Of a DNA stretch of 64,000 bases, positions 30,275-46,002 are shown in pieces. The notes below the pieces were generated by a model. The model saw only the letters and a list, made by a program, of their open reading frames with translations, was not told the DNA's origin and did no database searches. Position numbers and translations under genes: made by a program. Position 1 is the first letter of the stretch. Each line of letters starts with the position of its first letter. This DNA comes from an uncultured Parachlamydiaceae bacterium (GTDB lineage Bacteria; Chlamydiota; Chlamydiia; Chlamydiales; Parachlamydiaceae), in assembly GCA_963752155.1 (NCBI GenBank), contig CAVVXH010000010.1, positions 96,001 to 160,000 of the forward strand, read 5' to 3'.

Positions 30275-31573
30275 TTATAAAATTGTGGCGGCGAGTGCAG
30301 CTAATTCAGATCGCTCTGTTTTATCGAGGAAAATGTTTCCATAGATATTTTGATTTGAAAAGCGCGCGATCGCGTACGTTAATCCATTTGAATCTTTGTC
30401 TAGATAAGGATTGTCAATCTGAGTGGGATCTCCGGTAAGGATGACCTTGGTTCCTTCTCCAGCTCGGGAAATGATGGTTTTAACTTCGTGCGGAGTCAGG
30501 TTTTGAGCTTCATCGACAATGATAAACATTTTGGGAAGAGAACGTCCTCGAATATATGTGACAGCTTCCATTTCAATTTTTTTACTCTCTATCACCCATT
30601 TGAGGGTTTCGCTGGACTCTCGTCCGGAGGAATCGCATAAGTATTCAAGATTGTCAAAAATGGGTTGCATCCAATTGAAAAGCTTTTCTTCTTTAGTACC
30701 TGGTAAATAGCCAATATCCCTCCCAAGAGGAACCACGGGCCGGCTGACAAGAATGCGGTTGTAAAGACCTTCGTCGAAAACTTTTCTCATGCCGCAGGCT
30801 AAGGCTAAGAGCGTTTTACCTGTTCCAGCTTGACCCATCAGTGTGACAAGTTTTATATCATCCCGCAATAATAAGTCTACAGCGCATTTTTGCTCTAAAT
30901 TGCGCGGTTTGATCCCCCAGAGGTTGTTGTATTTTAATAGAGGGTTAAGTGTTTGAGTGTGTGGATTCCATTTTCCGACCGCAGAAGAATGTTCTGGAGA
31001 AGTCAATATGCAATATTCGTTGGGATTGAACACAACTTCTTCGTTGAGTGAAAGAGATCCATCCTTATAGAAGAGGTCAATGTCGTGTTTCGGGATTTCG
31101 AGGTGCCTAATCCCACGATAAAGAGAGTCATAGTCATACTTAAGGTTTTTATACTCTTGGGCTTCAAGGCCTATAGCTTCGGCTTTCAACCGTGCAGCAA
31201 AATCATTTGAGACGAAAATGACTTCTTCTCCTTTTTCTTTTAATAAAAGGGCCGCCATGATGATCCGGTTGTCATGAATTCCTAATTCTAAGTAAAAGGG
31301 GATATCCCGCTTTATATCAAGTTGGATGCGAACAACACTTTCGTTGTCTAAGATGACACCTTTATGAAAATTTCCTTTCCCTAAATCAGCTAAGGAGTTC
31401 AAGAAACGAAAAACTGCTCTGGAATTTTTTCCTAAATCATTTGGAAGCCGTTTCATCTTATCAAGCTCTTCGAGAACCGTTACGGGGATAATCACATTGT
31501 GACGGGGAAACTTTAAGATTGCTTCAGGATCATGCAAAAGAACGTTTGTGTCTATGACGAAATTTTTGGTCAT
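30275..31573 (-). CDS. PIN domain + PhoH ATPase fusion (PhoH2/YlaK type)
   Basis: VIDTNVLLHDP, VLEELD, GQAGTGKT, IGYLPG, YIRGRS, DEAQN and GDPTQID motifs. Confidence 0.93.
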   Translation of the reverse strand: MTKNFVIDTNVLLHDPEAILKFPRHNVIIPVTVLEELDKMKRLPNDLGKNSRAVFRFLNSLADLGKGNFHKGVILDNESVVRIQLDIKRDIPFYLELGIHDNRIIMAALLLKEKGEEVIFVSNDFAARLKAEAIGLEAQEYKNLKYDYDSLYRGIRHLEIPKHDIDLFYKDGSLSLNEEVVFNPNEYCILTSPEHSSAVGKWNPHTQTLNPLLKYNNLWGIKPRNLEQKCAVDLLLRDDIKLVTLMGQAGTGKTLLALACGMRKVFDEGLYNRILVSRPVVPLGRDIGYLPGTKEEKLFNWMQPIFDNLEYLCDSSGRESSETLKWVIESKKIEMEAVTYIRGRSLPKMFIIVDEAQNLTPHEVKTIISRAGEGTKVILTGDPTQIDNPYLDKDSNGLTYAIARFSNQNIYGNIFLDKTERSELAALAATIL

Positions 31574-31681
31574 AAAATGCCTTATGGTGCCAATTAATAA
31601 AAAAGATGCTAAAATTAGAGCTTATAGAGAAATGGGAATATGGAGCAAGCAAAAGCAACAATTTCCGGCAATTCCCGCTAA

Positions 31682-31757
31682 TTTTCGTGCCCGTGCCCGA
31701 AAATTAGTAAAATCTACGAAATTTTTCGGCCACGGGCATGCACGCGGGTACGAAAGT
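31682..31757. repeat. Short inverted repeat of CGTGCC-type hexamers (REP-like)
   Basis: TTTTCGTGCCCGTGCCCGAAAA ... TTTTCGGCCACGGGCATGCACGCGGGTACGAAA between divergent genes. Confidence 0.55.
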
Positions 31758-31877
31758 TTATCGAGAATTGCCATCCGTATGCCCAGCTTGTTGCTTATTT
31801 AGTGTATCTTCTCTACAATAAGTCTTAAGATTATAATCTAAAGACCACTAAATCCGTCATAAGGACTCTAGAAAACA

Positions 31878-32792
31878 ATGCAAGCAACAGAATACCCATT
31901 CATAAAAGTGTTGTCGAAGACTAAACTAAAACCTAGTGGTTTAGATCAATACTATGGAGAATTGACCTCTTTAGGAGATCGGGTATATGAGATTCTCGAT
32001 AAAGGTAAAGAGTGGTCAGAAGAATTAGCTTTAACGTTAAAGAATGGTGGAGGAGCAATTTTTCCTCATACTTATTTTAGTAAATGCGGACAGCAGATGG
32101 GCGCAGTGATACACGCTATCCTAGATAGTGGAGCTGATCAAGTTCTCATGCTTGGGACAGTGCATGCCTTTGCAGATCTATTTGAAGCACGTATTAAAGA
32201 ATTCAATGGAGAAGATATTTCACAAGAACCTTCTTGGGGGGTATTGGATCCCGATTCCGCAAGAGGAAAGGCTCTCCTGAGGAATGAGTTTTCATTAAAT
32301 CTTTTTAAAGCTTTATGGAAGATTGAAGTGGAACGTAGAGGTAAAAAGGCTCCTTGTTTGATTGAGCGATATCCAAGCCTAGTTAATAGGCATCCGGAGA
32401 CGCTTCCAGGCATGCAGGAGCTTAAAGAACTAGCTAGAAATGCAGTTATTATCGGCACGGAAGACTATTGCCACCATGGTGTGGCTTATGCCATTCCAAA
32501 GAATTTAGCGATTCACATGGGAGAAATCGGCTTATTGTTTGCTCGGCAGCATATTGAAAATGGATTTTCGCTGTTGCACCAAAATAAATATGCTGAATTT
32601 TATGAGCATGGAATGCATCTGAATGCGATAGGAGATCCTTCTGATGTCAGTACCACGATACATTATTTAGTTGGAAGCCATGCACAACCAAAAATTTTGG
32701 ATTTGAAATTAGTCGATGTTTCTCATCTTTTTGAGCACGATCCCTCTCCAAGCTGGGTAGCAGCAACTCTTGTAAAAATCACAAAAAATTGA
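31878..32792 (+). CDS. Hypothetical protein, possibly divergent Memo/AmmeMemoRadiSam-B fold
   Basis: Ordered motifs IFPH..., LGTVH, NEFSL and GTEDYCHHG parallel the Memo motifs PHAG, LGPSH, EHS and SSDFCHWG. Confidence 0.5.
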   Translation: MQATEYPFIKVLSKTKLKPSGLDQYYGELTSLGDRVYEILDKGKEWSEELALTLKNGGGAIFPHTYFSKCGQQMGAVIHAILDSGADQVLMLGTVHAFADLFEARIKEFNGEDISQEPSWGVLDPDSARGKALLRNEFSLNLFKALWKIEVERRGKKAPCLIERYPSLVNRHPETLPGMQELKELARNAVIIGTEDYCHHGVAYAIPKNLAIHMGEIGLLFARQHIENGFSLLHQNKYAEFYEHGMHLNAIGDPSDVSTTIHYLVGSHAQPKILDLKLVDVSHLFEHDPSPSWVAATLVKITKN

Positions 32793-33021
32793 TTGTTTAA
32801 TTTCTTAGATGTCTCCTTGACTTTTTCAAACGATAAAAATTATACTCTCCCCTATGTTGCCTAGGCTTGGCTTATTAAAAATGATGCTAAACAGCATACG
32901 GTTCATCCTAATATTGGCCAAAAAGGCAAGATATTGACATGTAAAGCATAAGAATGCTAAGCACAGTTTTGAGCAGTCGAATATCGGTGTTGATTTTTAA
33001 GTTACTTAGGATTTCCCATAT

Positions 33022-33912
33022 ATGAAATCTCCTTCATCACTTTCTCAGGTCACAATTCAAGGTTATAAATCTATTAAAAATTTACCTTGTTTAGATTTAG
33101 GGCCTCTTAATATTCTGATCGGAACAAATGGATCTGGTAAAAGCAACTTCATAAGTTTTTTTTCGATGTTAAGAAACTTAGTAGATGGTCGTTTACAGCA
33201 ATACATTACCAAAGGAGGACAAGCACCTTCTTTCCTTTATCAAGGACAAAAGCAAACTGAATCTATTAAGGCTGCCTTTCATTTTCCTAGTGGCACATAT
33301 CAGTTAGAGTTAGAGCCCACAGTAAAAGGAGAACTAATGTTCTCGAAAGAAGAAATTTTACTCCTTAGGGGAAACAATACTCAACCATTCCGATTGTCAA
33401 TTAGCGGAGGATATCTTGAATCAGCACTTCCTTCTCCTCCACCTGACCAAATTCTTCAAGATGTTGCAAAGCACATGGTTCAAGCTATAGAAAGTTGGAA
33501 AGTATATCATTTTCATGATACTAGTCCGAATGCACCAGTAAAACAACGTGGATCAATTATCGGATGGTATTTTGAGATTTATTTGTCTTACAACTTTACT
33601 CCTTCAACCACACCTTCCAGCAACAATTATCATTGATGAACCTGAACTCGGCTTACATCCTTATGCAATTGAGGCTTTATCTGGACTCTTAAAAAAAGCC
33701 TCCACTCGCGCTCAGGTTATTATTGCAACTCAATCTTCATTAACGATGGGCCTCAAACAGCCCCTTCCAAAAGAATTAAATCTATATATCCAGATTATCA
33801 GAAAAGCGTCGATGGGTTAAATATCTTGCAACAAATAGGTCTTGCTAAAATTCGGGAAAAGTGTGAGCATTTTAATGCATGGATTACTCGGCTTGAATTA
33901 CTTGCAAGATAG
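33022..33912 (+). pseudogene. Collapsed remnant of an ABC/AAA_21 ATPase + DUF4276-like two-gene module
   Basis: GYKSI, GTNGSGKSN...YHFHDT (33022-33547), then a jump to LSDGILRF...IIIDEPELGLHP...IIATQS (33551-33737), then a jump to INDGPQTAPSKRI...IREKCEHFNAWITRL* (ends 33912). Confidence 0.75.
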
Positions 33913-34122
33913 CCACTCTTTACATTATTTACAAGCCAATTCTTTCGATAACCTGAGAGAGTAATTTCGCAGTTTAGCAGGCAAAGAACAAGAGTGCTAA
34001 AAAAACGGAGATAGCGGAGATAGCTCTTGCTAAATAAATAAACTTTGTTGTATAATTAATCCTAGGACGGTGGTAAAAAATTGTCGTTTGAATGGGTAAT
34101 CTTTTAAGCAAGGAGAGGCTTA

Positions 34123-34887
34123 ATGAAGATAAATGTTAATAATAAAATACTTAGTATTCCTCCTTATATTTCTACATCATGGAAGCATGTTGAAGGCCTA
34201 TATATGAAAGGGGCTACACTGGTTGCAACTTTAATGAGTGGTGAGACCATAAACATCCCAGGAATTAGCTCTGAATTGATTGAAATGATTTTTAATGCCC
34301 ACGCTCAATTTTTAGAAGAAGAAGCCAATCACCGCACACCTTCGTCCCCTCAAGAAGATCTAACTGCTTTTCCATCATTTCCTTTTGGGCTTCCTTTGCC
34401 GGGCCAAGGTTTTCCTTTGGCTGTAGGTGGAGATAGTACATTTCAATTTGGCATCAGTTCGATGGATGGTTTTGGCTCCGCCATGCAACATAATCCAGCG
34501 CATGCTAATGCTCCAGATCTTCCTATTGAAATTCTTCAGAAAATCGGAGCAATCGTCAAAATTGTTGCTCCTGAAGAAATTCTAACAGGCACAATTGCAG
34601 AGCAAGATTGCAACTGCCCTTATTGTCAGATCACTCGTGCAATAAATGGAGATATCGTAGACGAAGCCTTTCAAATGTTTGAAACTTATGAAGTAGAGTC
34701 TCGAAGACCTGCAGAAAAGCCGGTTGAAAATACAAGTCCATGGAGAATTCAGCAAATTGACGAAAACCAATATCTTGTTGTCGATGTAGCTGATCAAAAA
34801 GAATACAGGGTCTTCTTAGGAAGTCCTGTTGCCTGTACTTGTGGACAAGAAGGATGCGATCACATTATAGCTGTTCTTAAGAGTTAG
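34123..34887 (+). CDS. Conserved chlamydial hypothetical protein with CxCxxC and C-terminal SWIM-like Zn finger
   Basis: DCNCPYCQ and CTCGQEGCDHIIAVL. Upstream RBS AGGAG and TTGCTA-N18-TATAAT at 34027-34056. Confidence 0.75.
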   Translation: MKINVNNKILSIPPYISTSWKHVEGLYMKGATLVATLMSGETINIPGISSELIEMIFNAHAQFLEEEANHRTPSSPQEDLTAFPSFPFGLPLPGQGFPLAVGGDSTFQFGISSMDGFGSAMQHNPAHANAPDLPIEILQKIGAIVKIVAPEEILTGTIAEQDCNCPYCQITRAINGDIVDEAFQMFETYEVESRRPAEKPVENTSPWRIQQIDENQYLVVDVADQKEYRVFLGSPVACTCGQEGCDHIIAVLKS

Positions 34888-35909
34888 GATTTAGGGAATT
34901 CTGTAGGCTCCTTGAAATGTTGCCAACCTTCTCCGTTTAAAGATTCGAGGAAAAGTTTGAGATTGCGCTTTTCCTCGTTGGTCAGTTTAAGAGGTTTCAT
35001 GAGAGGGCTTAGATTTGAATTTGGAGTACCCCCTTTGTCATAATAATCAATGACTTCCTCTAAAGTCTTTATGCTGCCATCATGCATATAGGGGTAAGTG
35101 TTCGCAACCTCTCTTAAAATAGGAATTCGGAAGGCTCCTCGATCTTTATCCTCTTTGGTTACGTTGTAGCGTCCAAGATCTGGATCTTTGGCATCCATTC
35201 CAACCCCAATATTTAAAAAACGACCGTCACTAAAATTAAATCCTGAATGACAATTGGCACAACCCGCACGATTAAACGTTTCATAACCTTTAATTGCCTC
35301 AGGGCTCATTGCAGAACGTTCCCCTGCCATATAGCGATCAAAAGGGGAGTTCCCAGAAAGGACAGTGCGTTCAAATGTGGCAATAGCTTTAACAATTTGA
35401 TCGATATAGCAATCCTCATTTCCGAAAACTTCTTTGAAACGCTCTCTGTAACCCGGAATTTCTCTGACAGTGGTTTGGCATTTAGCAAAAGCTTCATGAG
35501 GATTAGAGGAGGAAGCCATCTCTTTGGGATTCGACAAAGGACCTTTTGCTTGTTCTTCGAGGGAGGAAACGCGTCCATCCCAGAACAATTGTTTATGATA
35601 AGCAGAATTGATCACAGTTTGGGCATTACGAGTGCCTTTAAGGCCGTAAACCCCATCAGAAACAGGTTTGTGATCTGCAAAGGATTCGTTGATTCCATGG
35701 CAGCTAGCACAAGAAATGGTGCCGTCTGCAGAAAGTCGTTTATCAAAATAGAGCAATTTTCCCAATTCAGCTTTTTTTGAGGTATATGGATTATCGGCCG
35801 GCCATTCGATAGGAGGGAGCCCTAGTGGAATTTCTATTTTTTCAGGGGATTCTCCATTTAATAGGTAGGTGCTTAGGATGGATAGAGTCATGAGTAGAAA
35901 TCGTGCCAT
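34884..35909 (-). CDS. Di-heme cytochrome c peroxidase (CCP/MauG family)
   Basis: Two CxxCH motifs (CASCH, CANCH) plus LYFDKRLS, FWDGR and PYMHDGS. ATG 35909 has a GGAG RBS and begins a signal peptide. Confidence 0.92.
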   Translation of the reverse strand: MARFLLMTLSILSTYLLNGESPEKIEIPLGLPPIEWPADNPYTSKKAELGKLLYFDKRLSADGTISCASCHGINESFADHKPVSDGVYGLKGTRNAQTVINSAYHKQLFWDGRVSSLEEQAKGPLSNPKEMASSSNPHEAFAKCQTTVREIPGYRERFKEVFGNEDCYIDQIVKAIATFERTVLSGNSPFDRYMAGERSAMSPEAIKGYETFNRAGCANCHSGFNFSDGRFLNIGVGMDAKDPDLGRYNVTKEDKDRGAFRIPILREVANTYPYMHDGSIKTLEEVIDYYDKGGTPNSNLSPLMKPLKLTNEEKRNLKLFLESLNGEGWQHFKEPTEFPKS

Positions 35910-36073
35910 AATGTTTCTCCAAATGATGACGAAAAAAAACAAGGATGGACCTTAATGTCCTTAATTTTGAGAAAACCATAAATCTATTCATATGTAAATA
36001 CATTTTTTCTACATTAAAAAAACCTCTCTGTTATGGTTTTAGAAAGGAAATTAAAAAAAAGTGAAAATTGCGG

Positions 36074-36102
36074 TTGCAACAAAAAAGAGTTTTGTGTATT
36101 GT
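36074..36102 (+). promoter_or_regulatory. Putative rRNA operon promoter
   Basis: TTGCAA-N17-TATTGT with A-tracts upstream. Confidence 0.5.
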
Positions 36103-36316
36103 TTGATTATCACGACGAGCGCGAATGATATAGCGAACCGATCGTTGAAAAAAGCGAACAGCGATTCGCTTAAGAGGGTTGTTTTGACAGTACTAGAGAG
36201 ATAATGTACAAGCGAATAAAGCTTGTGCGAGAATAAACACGATCAAAAGCGTTTATAATCGCGATTAATGAAAATAGGTAAGCAATTTCCTTTTTCAAAT
36301 TTTCACAAATTTTTTT

Positions 36317-37864
<1,548 letters not shown>

Positions 37865-37979
37865 AAAGGACAAGTGGCTTTTTAAAGCTACTACAGGTTG
37901 AGACAAGCTTTATAACGCTGTACATTGTCTCTCTTAGTGCTGTCAAAGCACTTAACAGCTATTTCTTGATAGTCTAATC

Positions 37980-38052
37980 GGGGGTTTAGCTCAGTTGGTA
38001 GAGCATCTGATTTGCATTCAGAGGGTCAGGAGTTCGAATCTCCTAGCCTCCA
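37980..38052 (+). tRNA. tRNA-Ala (TGC)
   Basis: GGGGGTTTAGCTCAGTTGGTAGAGCA-TCTGA-TTTGCAT-TCAGA...GTTCGAATC...AGCCTCCA. Confidence 0.96.
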
Positions 38053-38063
38053 TGTTTGCATTT

Positions 38064-38137
38064 GCGGTTATAGCTCAGTTGGTTAGAGCGCGACACTGAT
38101 AATGTCGAGGTCCCAAGTTCAAGTCTTGGTAACCGCA
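38064..38137 (+). tRNA. tRNA-Ile (GAT)
   Basis: GCGGTTATAGCTCAGTTGGTTAGAGCG-CGACA-CTGATAA-TGTCG...GTTCAAGTC...TAACCGCA. Confidence 0.96.
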
Positions 38138-38396
38138 CATTCATATAGAAATCCTCATAAGCAAGTATCGATTATCTTGAAAGTCAAATAATCAAGTAAT
38201 CAAGTAAATTCTAAAAGTAAAGATCAATAAATTTAAGATTAGAAATAACATCCGAGTCTCAGATAAAAATCAACGCTTGAGGAGATCTTCTTCATAATAA
38301 TAAGTGACACTTGCAAATTGTAACCGATGCAAAGTCTGCAAAGGCGAAAAAATTAAACGTAGCTCATTATTACTAAACTTGTACAAAAATATTTTT

Positions 38397-41357
<2,961 letters not shown>

Positions 41358-41505
41358 CCTTTTTTTAAGACAAAGAGTGGAAGCCAAATACAATTTCAAG
41401 CTTAGAATAATGAGAGCCTTTTGAAGAAGGTCTCTTCAAGCGTTGTTTTTTATCTGTGAATTAAGTGACTTCACTAGAGTCTAAAGATCATTTGCCTAAA
41501 AAGTT

Positions 41506-41623
41506 TGCTTGGTGGCAATAGAGAAGGGGAAATACCTGATCCCATTCCGAACTCAGAAGTCAAGCCCTTCATCGCCGATGGTACTGCACACAAGAGTGTG
41601 GGAGAGTAGGTCGCCGCCAGGCT
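41506..41623 (+). rRNA. rrf: 5S rRNA
   Basis: GCTTGGTGGC...CCCATTCCGAACTCAGAAGTCAAG...GAGAGTAGGTCGCCGCCAGGC. Confidence 0.97.
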
Positions 41624-41632
41624 TTTTATCTC

Positions 41633-41668
41633 AACCCTAACGACGCAAGTCGTTAGGGTTTTTTCTTT
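41633..41668 (+). terminator. rRNA operon intrinsic terminator
   Basis: AACCCTAACGAC-GCAA-GTCGTTAGGGTT followed by TTTTCTTT. Confidence 0.9.
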
Positions 41669-41924
41669 CAACGTAAAAGTTATTACTGGCACAATTACAA
41701 GTTAAATTAATAAAAAATTTTTTGGAGTGCGTGTGGCTCTGCCACCGCGCGTCACTAAATGTAACCAAGATTAAGTTAGCTAAAAAATACAATTTCAATT
41801 ATGTTGATGTAGAAACCTATTACCTAACCAAATAGACTTCTCGCGCGGTGGCAGAGCCACACGCACTCCAAAAAATTTTTATTAAGTTAACTTGTAATAG
41901 CGCCAGTAATAACTTTTACGTTGA
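41668..41924. repeat. REPIN-like element: ~84-bp inverted arms (41668-41751, 41842-41924)
   Basis: Arms are complementary. Core TTTTTGGAGTGCGTGTGGCTCTGCCACCGCGCG is related to the 2061-2437 core. Confidence 0.85.
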
Positions 41925-41981
41925 TATAATAAATTGGCTGCGTCTTTAATGCGGTGGAAACTGACCAAACAATAGGCTCAT

Positions 41982-43271
41982 GTGAAAATGGTCTTGACCA
42001 TTTTCTCACTAGAGTGTATTTTGGTCATTAGGATAGGAGTATTTATGAACCATTACATTCGTAGACTTTATCAGCCTCTCATTGAAAATCATTTTACTCA
42101 CAATCGACAGATGCTATTCTTGATGGGGCCCCGTCAAGTCGGAAAAACGACTTTGACTTTACACCTCGCATCGGATCAAAAAAACTCATTTTATTACCTT
42201 AATTGGGATAATCTTGATCATCGCGCTATTTTCCTTGAAGGGCCTAGCTCAATTGCGCGGTTTTTAAATCTTGATTTAATTCGAGAAATACCCCCATTGC
42301 TCGTGTTGGATGAGATTCATAAATTTAAAGATTGGAAAAATTTATTAAAAGGATTTTTTGATACTTACGCACACAACGGTGAAATAAGAATTATTGTTAC
42401 AGGTAGCGCGCGTTTAGATATTTACAATGTTGGAGGGGACAGCCTCATGGGACGTTACTTTCGTTATCGTATCCATCCTTTTTCCGTGGGTGAAATGATA
42501 AGTAGTGAAGAGCGTTCGGCTGAACTGAATGTGCCCGCTCGCCTCGAAGATGATAAATACGACAATTTATATCATTTTGGAGGATTTCCGGAGCCTTTGA
42601 TGAAAGCAAATCCTCAATTTTATGAAAATTGGAAAGGTTTGCGTTTTCAACAGTTATTTTATGAGGAGGTCAGAGATCTTACAAAAATCCAAGAAATACG
42701 ACAGATGGAATTATTGGCCGTCATTTTGCGAAATCAAGTGGGAGGATTGACAAACTATACAGCTTTAGCAAACAAGGTGCGGGTTTCGATTGAAACGATT
42801 CGTCGTTGGATTGACACCTTATCACAACTTTATTATTGCTTTTCCGTTCGTCCTTGGTCAAGAAATGTAACGCGTTCATTGGTCAAAGAACCTAAATTTT
42901 ATTTATGGGATTGGGCTCTTATTGAAGATAGCGGCGCTAAATCAGAGAATTTTATTGCTTCACACTTGTCCAAAGCTTGTCACTATTGGACTGATCAAGG
43001 TTTAGGGAGTTATGATTTATATTTCCTGCGTGATAAAGAAAAAAGAGAGGTGGACTTTTTAGTATCAAAGAATGAAGAACCTTGGTTTCTTGTAGAAGTT
43101 AAAAACTCCATGGCTCCGCTAAGTTCTTCTTTAGGTTATTTTCAGAAAGAAACATCGACGCCTCACGCTTTTCAGGTTACAATAGATGCTGAATTTCAAA
43201 AAATCAATTGCTTCGATTTTACGCGACCTATTATCGTGTCTGCTAAAACATTCCTATCCCAACTTCCTTAA
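41982..43271 (+). CDS. AAA_14-type ATPase with DUF4143 domain (likely true start ATG 42045)
   Basis: GPRQVGKTT, LDEIHK, VTGSA, PKFYLWD and EVDF...VEVK motifs. AGGAG precedes 42045. Confidence 0.9.
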   Translation: MKMVLTIFSLECILVIRIGVFMNHYIRRLYQPLIENHFTHNRQMLFLMGPRQVGKTTLTLHLASDQKNSFYYLNWDNLDHRAIFLEGPSSIARFLNLDLIREIPPLLVLDEIHKFKDWKNLLKGFFDTYAHNGEIRIIVTGSARLDIYNVGGDSLMGRYFRYRIHPFSVGEMISSEERSAELNVPARLEDDKYDNLYHFGGFPEPLMKANPQFYENWKGLRFQQLFYEEVRDLTKIQEIRQMELLAVILRNQVGGLTNYTALANKVRVSIETIRRWIDTLSQLYYCFSVRPWSRNVTRSLVKEPKFYLWDWALIEDSGAKSENFIASHLSKACHYWTDQGLGSYDLYFLRDKEKREVDFLVSKNEEPWFLVEVKNSMAPLSSSLGYFQKETSTPHAFQVTIDAEFQKINCFDFTRPIIVSAKTFLSQLP

Positions 43272-43358
43272 TATTCCTGGATTTTATATTGGTTTAATGT
43301 TATATTATTTATTTATTGGACAATAGCTTTGTAATCAACACATAAAATTGGAACAAAA

Positions 43359-46002
43359 ATGATCAATAATCTTATGAGTCTTATCAAAGAAGTTCAACAA
43401 AGCAATCAAATTGTTAGTTCCGAGTTAAATTCGATCTCAGGAACCTTCAGCTTATGGATACAGGATCAATTTTGTCCTACGCCTCCAGACTGGGCAATGA
43501 ATCATGTCAAAATCACTCAGTTATTAGAACGCTCAATTCAAGAACTAAAGTTCACTCCACATGGCATTCCTCAGGAGGCCTTCGATGCATTAAAAGAAGG
43601 GAAGTGGGGAATTAAACAATTAGGGTTACAAATTGACTTAGCTAAAATTTTGAAATGCTCTGAATCAGAACCGGCCCTACCGTTCTTAGCGAATCAACCA
43701 GCGCTTCATCAGCTACAATCACAGGGACCTCATCTGGAATTAGCTTCATGTCTCAATGAATGGCATCTCCATTTAGGCCTCATCATGTCAGTTTATCAAA
43801 GAACCAAAGATGAAAAATTAAAAGAACAAATCCGGTTTTTAGCCCTAAACTACCTTTACAAGGCAGCACCAATCAGTCCAAATGATATTGCGATTAGTCG
43901 AGAAACTATCGATATTTTATTTGAAAAAATGCAGCTCGGAATTTGGAATCCAGGGATTTCATACAATCGTGAAAGCGATATCTTCGATGCTTTTTTCACT
44001 AAAGAAATCCGATCTGTTCTATCAACAAATTGCGGTGAATCTTTTGTCATCGTAGATTCACTAGACATCGATTCTATTTTGAATTTGGATTTTTCTTTTG
44101 TGAAAATAAAATCTTTAAATGATTTGACTGACTATTGTTGAAATAATCAAGAAAACATCGGAAAAAATCGAACATGAACAAAAGCAGAAGCCCCTAATAA
44201 TCGACTGCACTGAACTGTTAGAAAAATATATTTACACCCATGGAGACAACGAAAAGGAAAAGTATTTAAAGACCGACTTGAGAAATTAAAATTGAGCTTT
44301 GGCATACTCCTTGGTCAATGCGAATTTGCCGAGAACAAAGAAATGATGAGCCGACTAAAAGCAAATATGAGCTTTATATGTAAATGTACGGTCAATGGAA
44401 TCCCTCTTCTAAAAGTTATCCCTATTTTTTCTAACGCAAATTCTTTGCGACCCCCTCACTTCAATTGGTTTCTTAGTCATACCGGTTTACGCTTAGGCAG
44501 TATCACAGGACGTTCATTGCTTTCTTCTGCACATTCACTAGAAAAATTAGTCCAGGATTGGTTCGGGAATTTTGACAAAGTACAGTGGCCTTGGACCAAA
44601 TGTAATTTATTTTAAAAGTAAACTTGAACTGGTTGAAAAGGATCTTTTTCTAAGATTAAGTCATCAGTTTAAAAAAAATAAAGGGTATTTAGCTAGTCTC
44701 GGAAGCCCAACGTTAGAACTAATCAAAGGTTGTTTAAACGAAATTGATGAAAAAAAATGGCTCATTTTTAATGAAAATTTAGACCGGCGCGAACTCGTCC
44801 AGACATGCCTTTATAGAATTTGTATGCATCTAGGCAATGCTGAAGTTCATCAAGATAATTTTAGCAAATTTGCACAATATATGGAGTTGATTCACTATGA
44901 ATTGAGTACATTATTATATCTTTTTGAACCATTTAAAGACGCTAATTTTTCTGATATCTATTTGGAACGTCTTGATGATGTCATTCCTCCTCCATTAAAA
45001 AAATATTTCAGTGCAGGCCTCACTAAATCAGCGATGAATACTCTTACAGGGATTAGGGTCGCTGTAGGTCCTGAATGTCAGCCGACATTTACTCATGGAA
45101 CTCATTTTGAAATCATGGATATCTTCGGGCAAGATCAAAGTTTTGATACGCTCTTAAAAAAGAAAAAGGATTGTCTTTCAACGATTGATCTCTACTTGGG
45201 GGAGTTTAATCATAACATTTCTCTTTTTGCGAATGGCAATAACTATACCTCTTCCAATCCGATTAAAGAAATAGACCTCTTGTTAATTAACAGATCTGAA
45301 GGGAAGCCGTTGACTGTAGCAATGGATTGTACCATTGATTATTTAAAATCTTCTAAAGCTCGTGAACTCATAGAGCATTTTACCGGAAATATTTTGGCTG
45401 GAGATCTGAACATCATTTTCTATCAAAGTGGCCAAAAATTTTGGCTTTTAGGAATGGATCACGTTTATGGTTCTCCTTATTTTATGTTAAATAATGGAGA
45501 CCCAAAATGGAAATCATTTGATATGTTAAAAACAAGCGAAGCATTTAAATCAGATGCTTTGAGCCGACAATGGTTTTGTTTAACAAATAAATATGCTCTG
45601 ACTTCAGATGCTTATAGGAAAGCAATTTTTGAAAATACACGTTATTTGCTCGATCGAGTTCCAGCGGAATTACTTCCTGAAAATGAAGGTAAAATACGAA
45701 TAAGTCAGGCATCAGATAGCGTCGATAGTTGTTTCATCGATATAAAATGTTATGGAAATGAGAGCTTCTCATTGGCTCATCAGCTCCAACAACGACTCTA
45801 CGATCGTTTTATCCAACAAGGAACTATGTTATACAGCCGTGCTGGTTATGGATATTACCATGCAAACCTAGTCAAATTCATGAACGGTTATGATGAGGAA
45901 GTCAATTATAAAACTTTGCGTATTACTCCTGGTATTAATCCACAAGAAAATAAGATTTTATTGGCTTTTTTCCAAGATGCAATAAATCTACCCGGTTTTT
46001 AA
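43359..46002 (+). pseudogene. Large protein with C-terminal Cys/Met-metabolism-like PLP domain, frameshifted (paralogue A)
   Basis: ORFs 43359-44141, 44292-44615 and 44572-46002 plus an unlisted piece align collinearly with 45988-48826. Motifs SAMNT, GEFNHN, AMDCT, SGQKF, SRAGYG and LRITPG. TGACTGAC duplication near 44125. Confidence 0.65.

Noticed and set aside
35247..35780. 177-aa antisense ORF, and similar shadow ORFs inside pgi, rho, LysM, tkt and sohB
   Set aside because: They lie opposite well-supported genes and carry no motifs.
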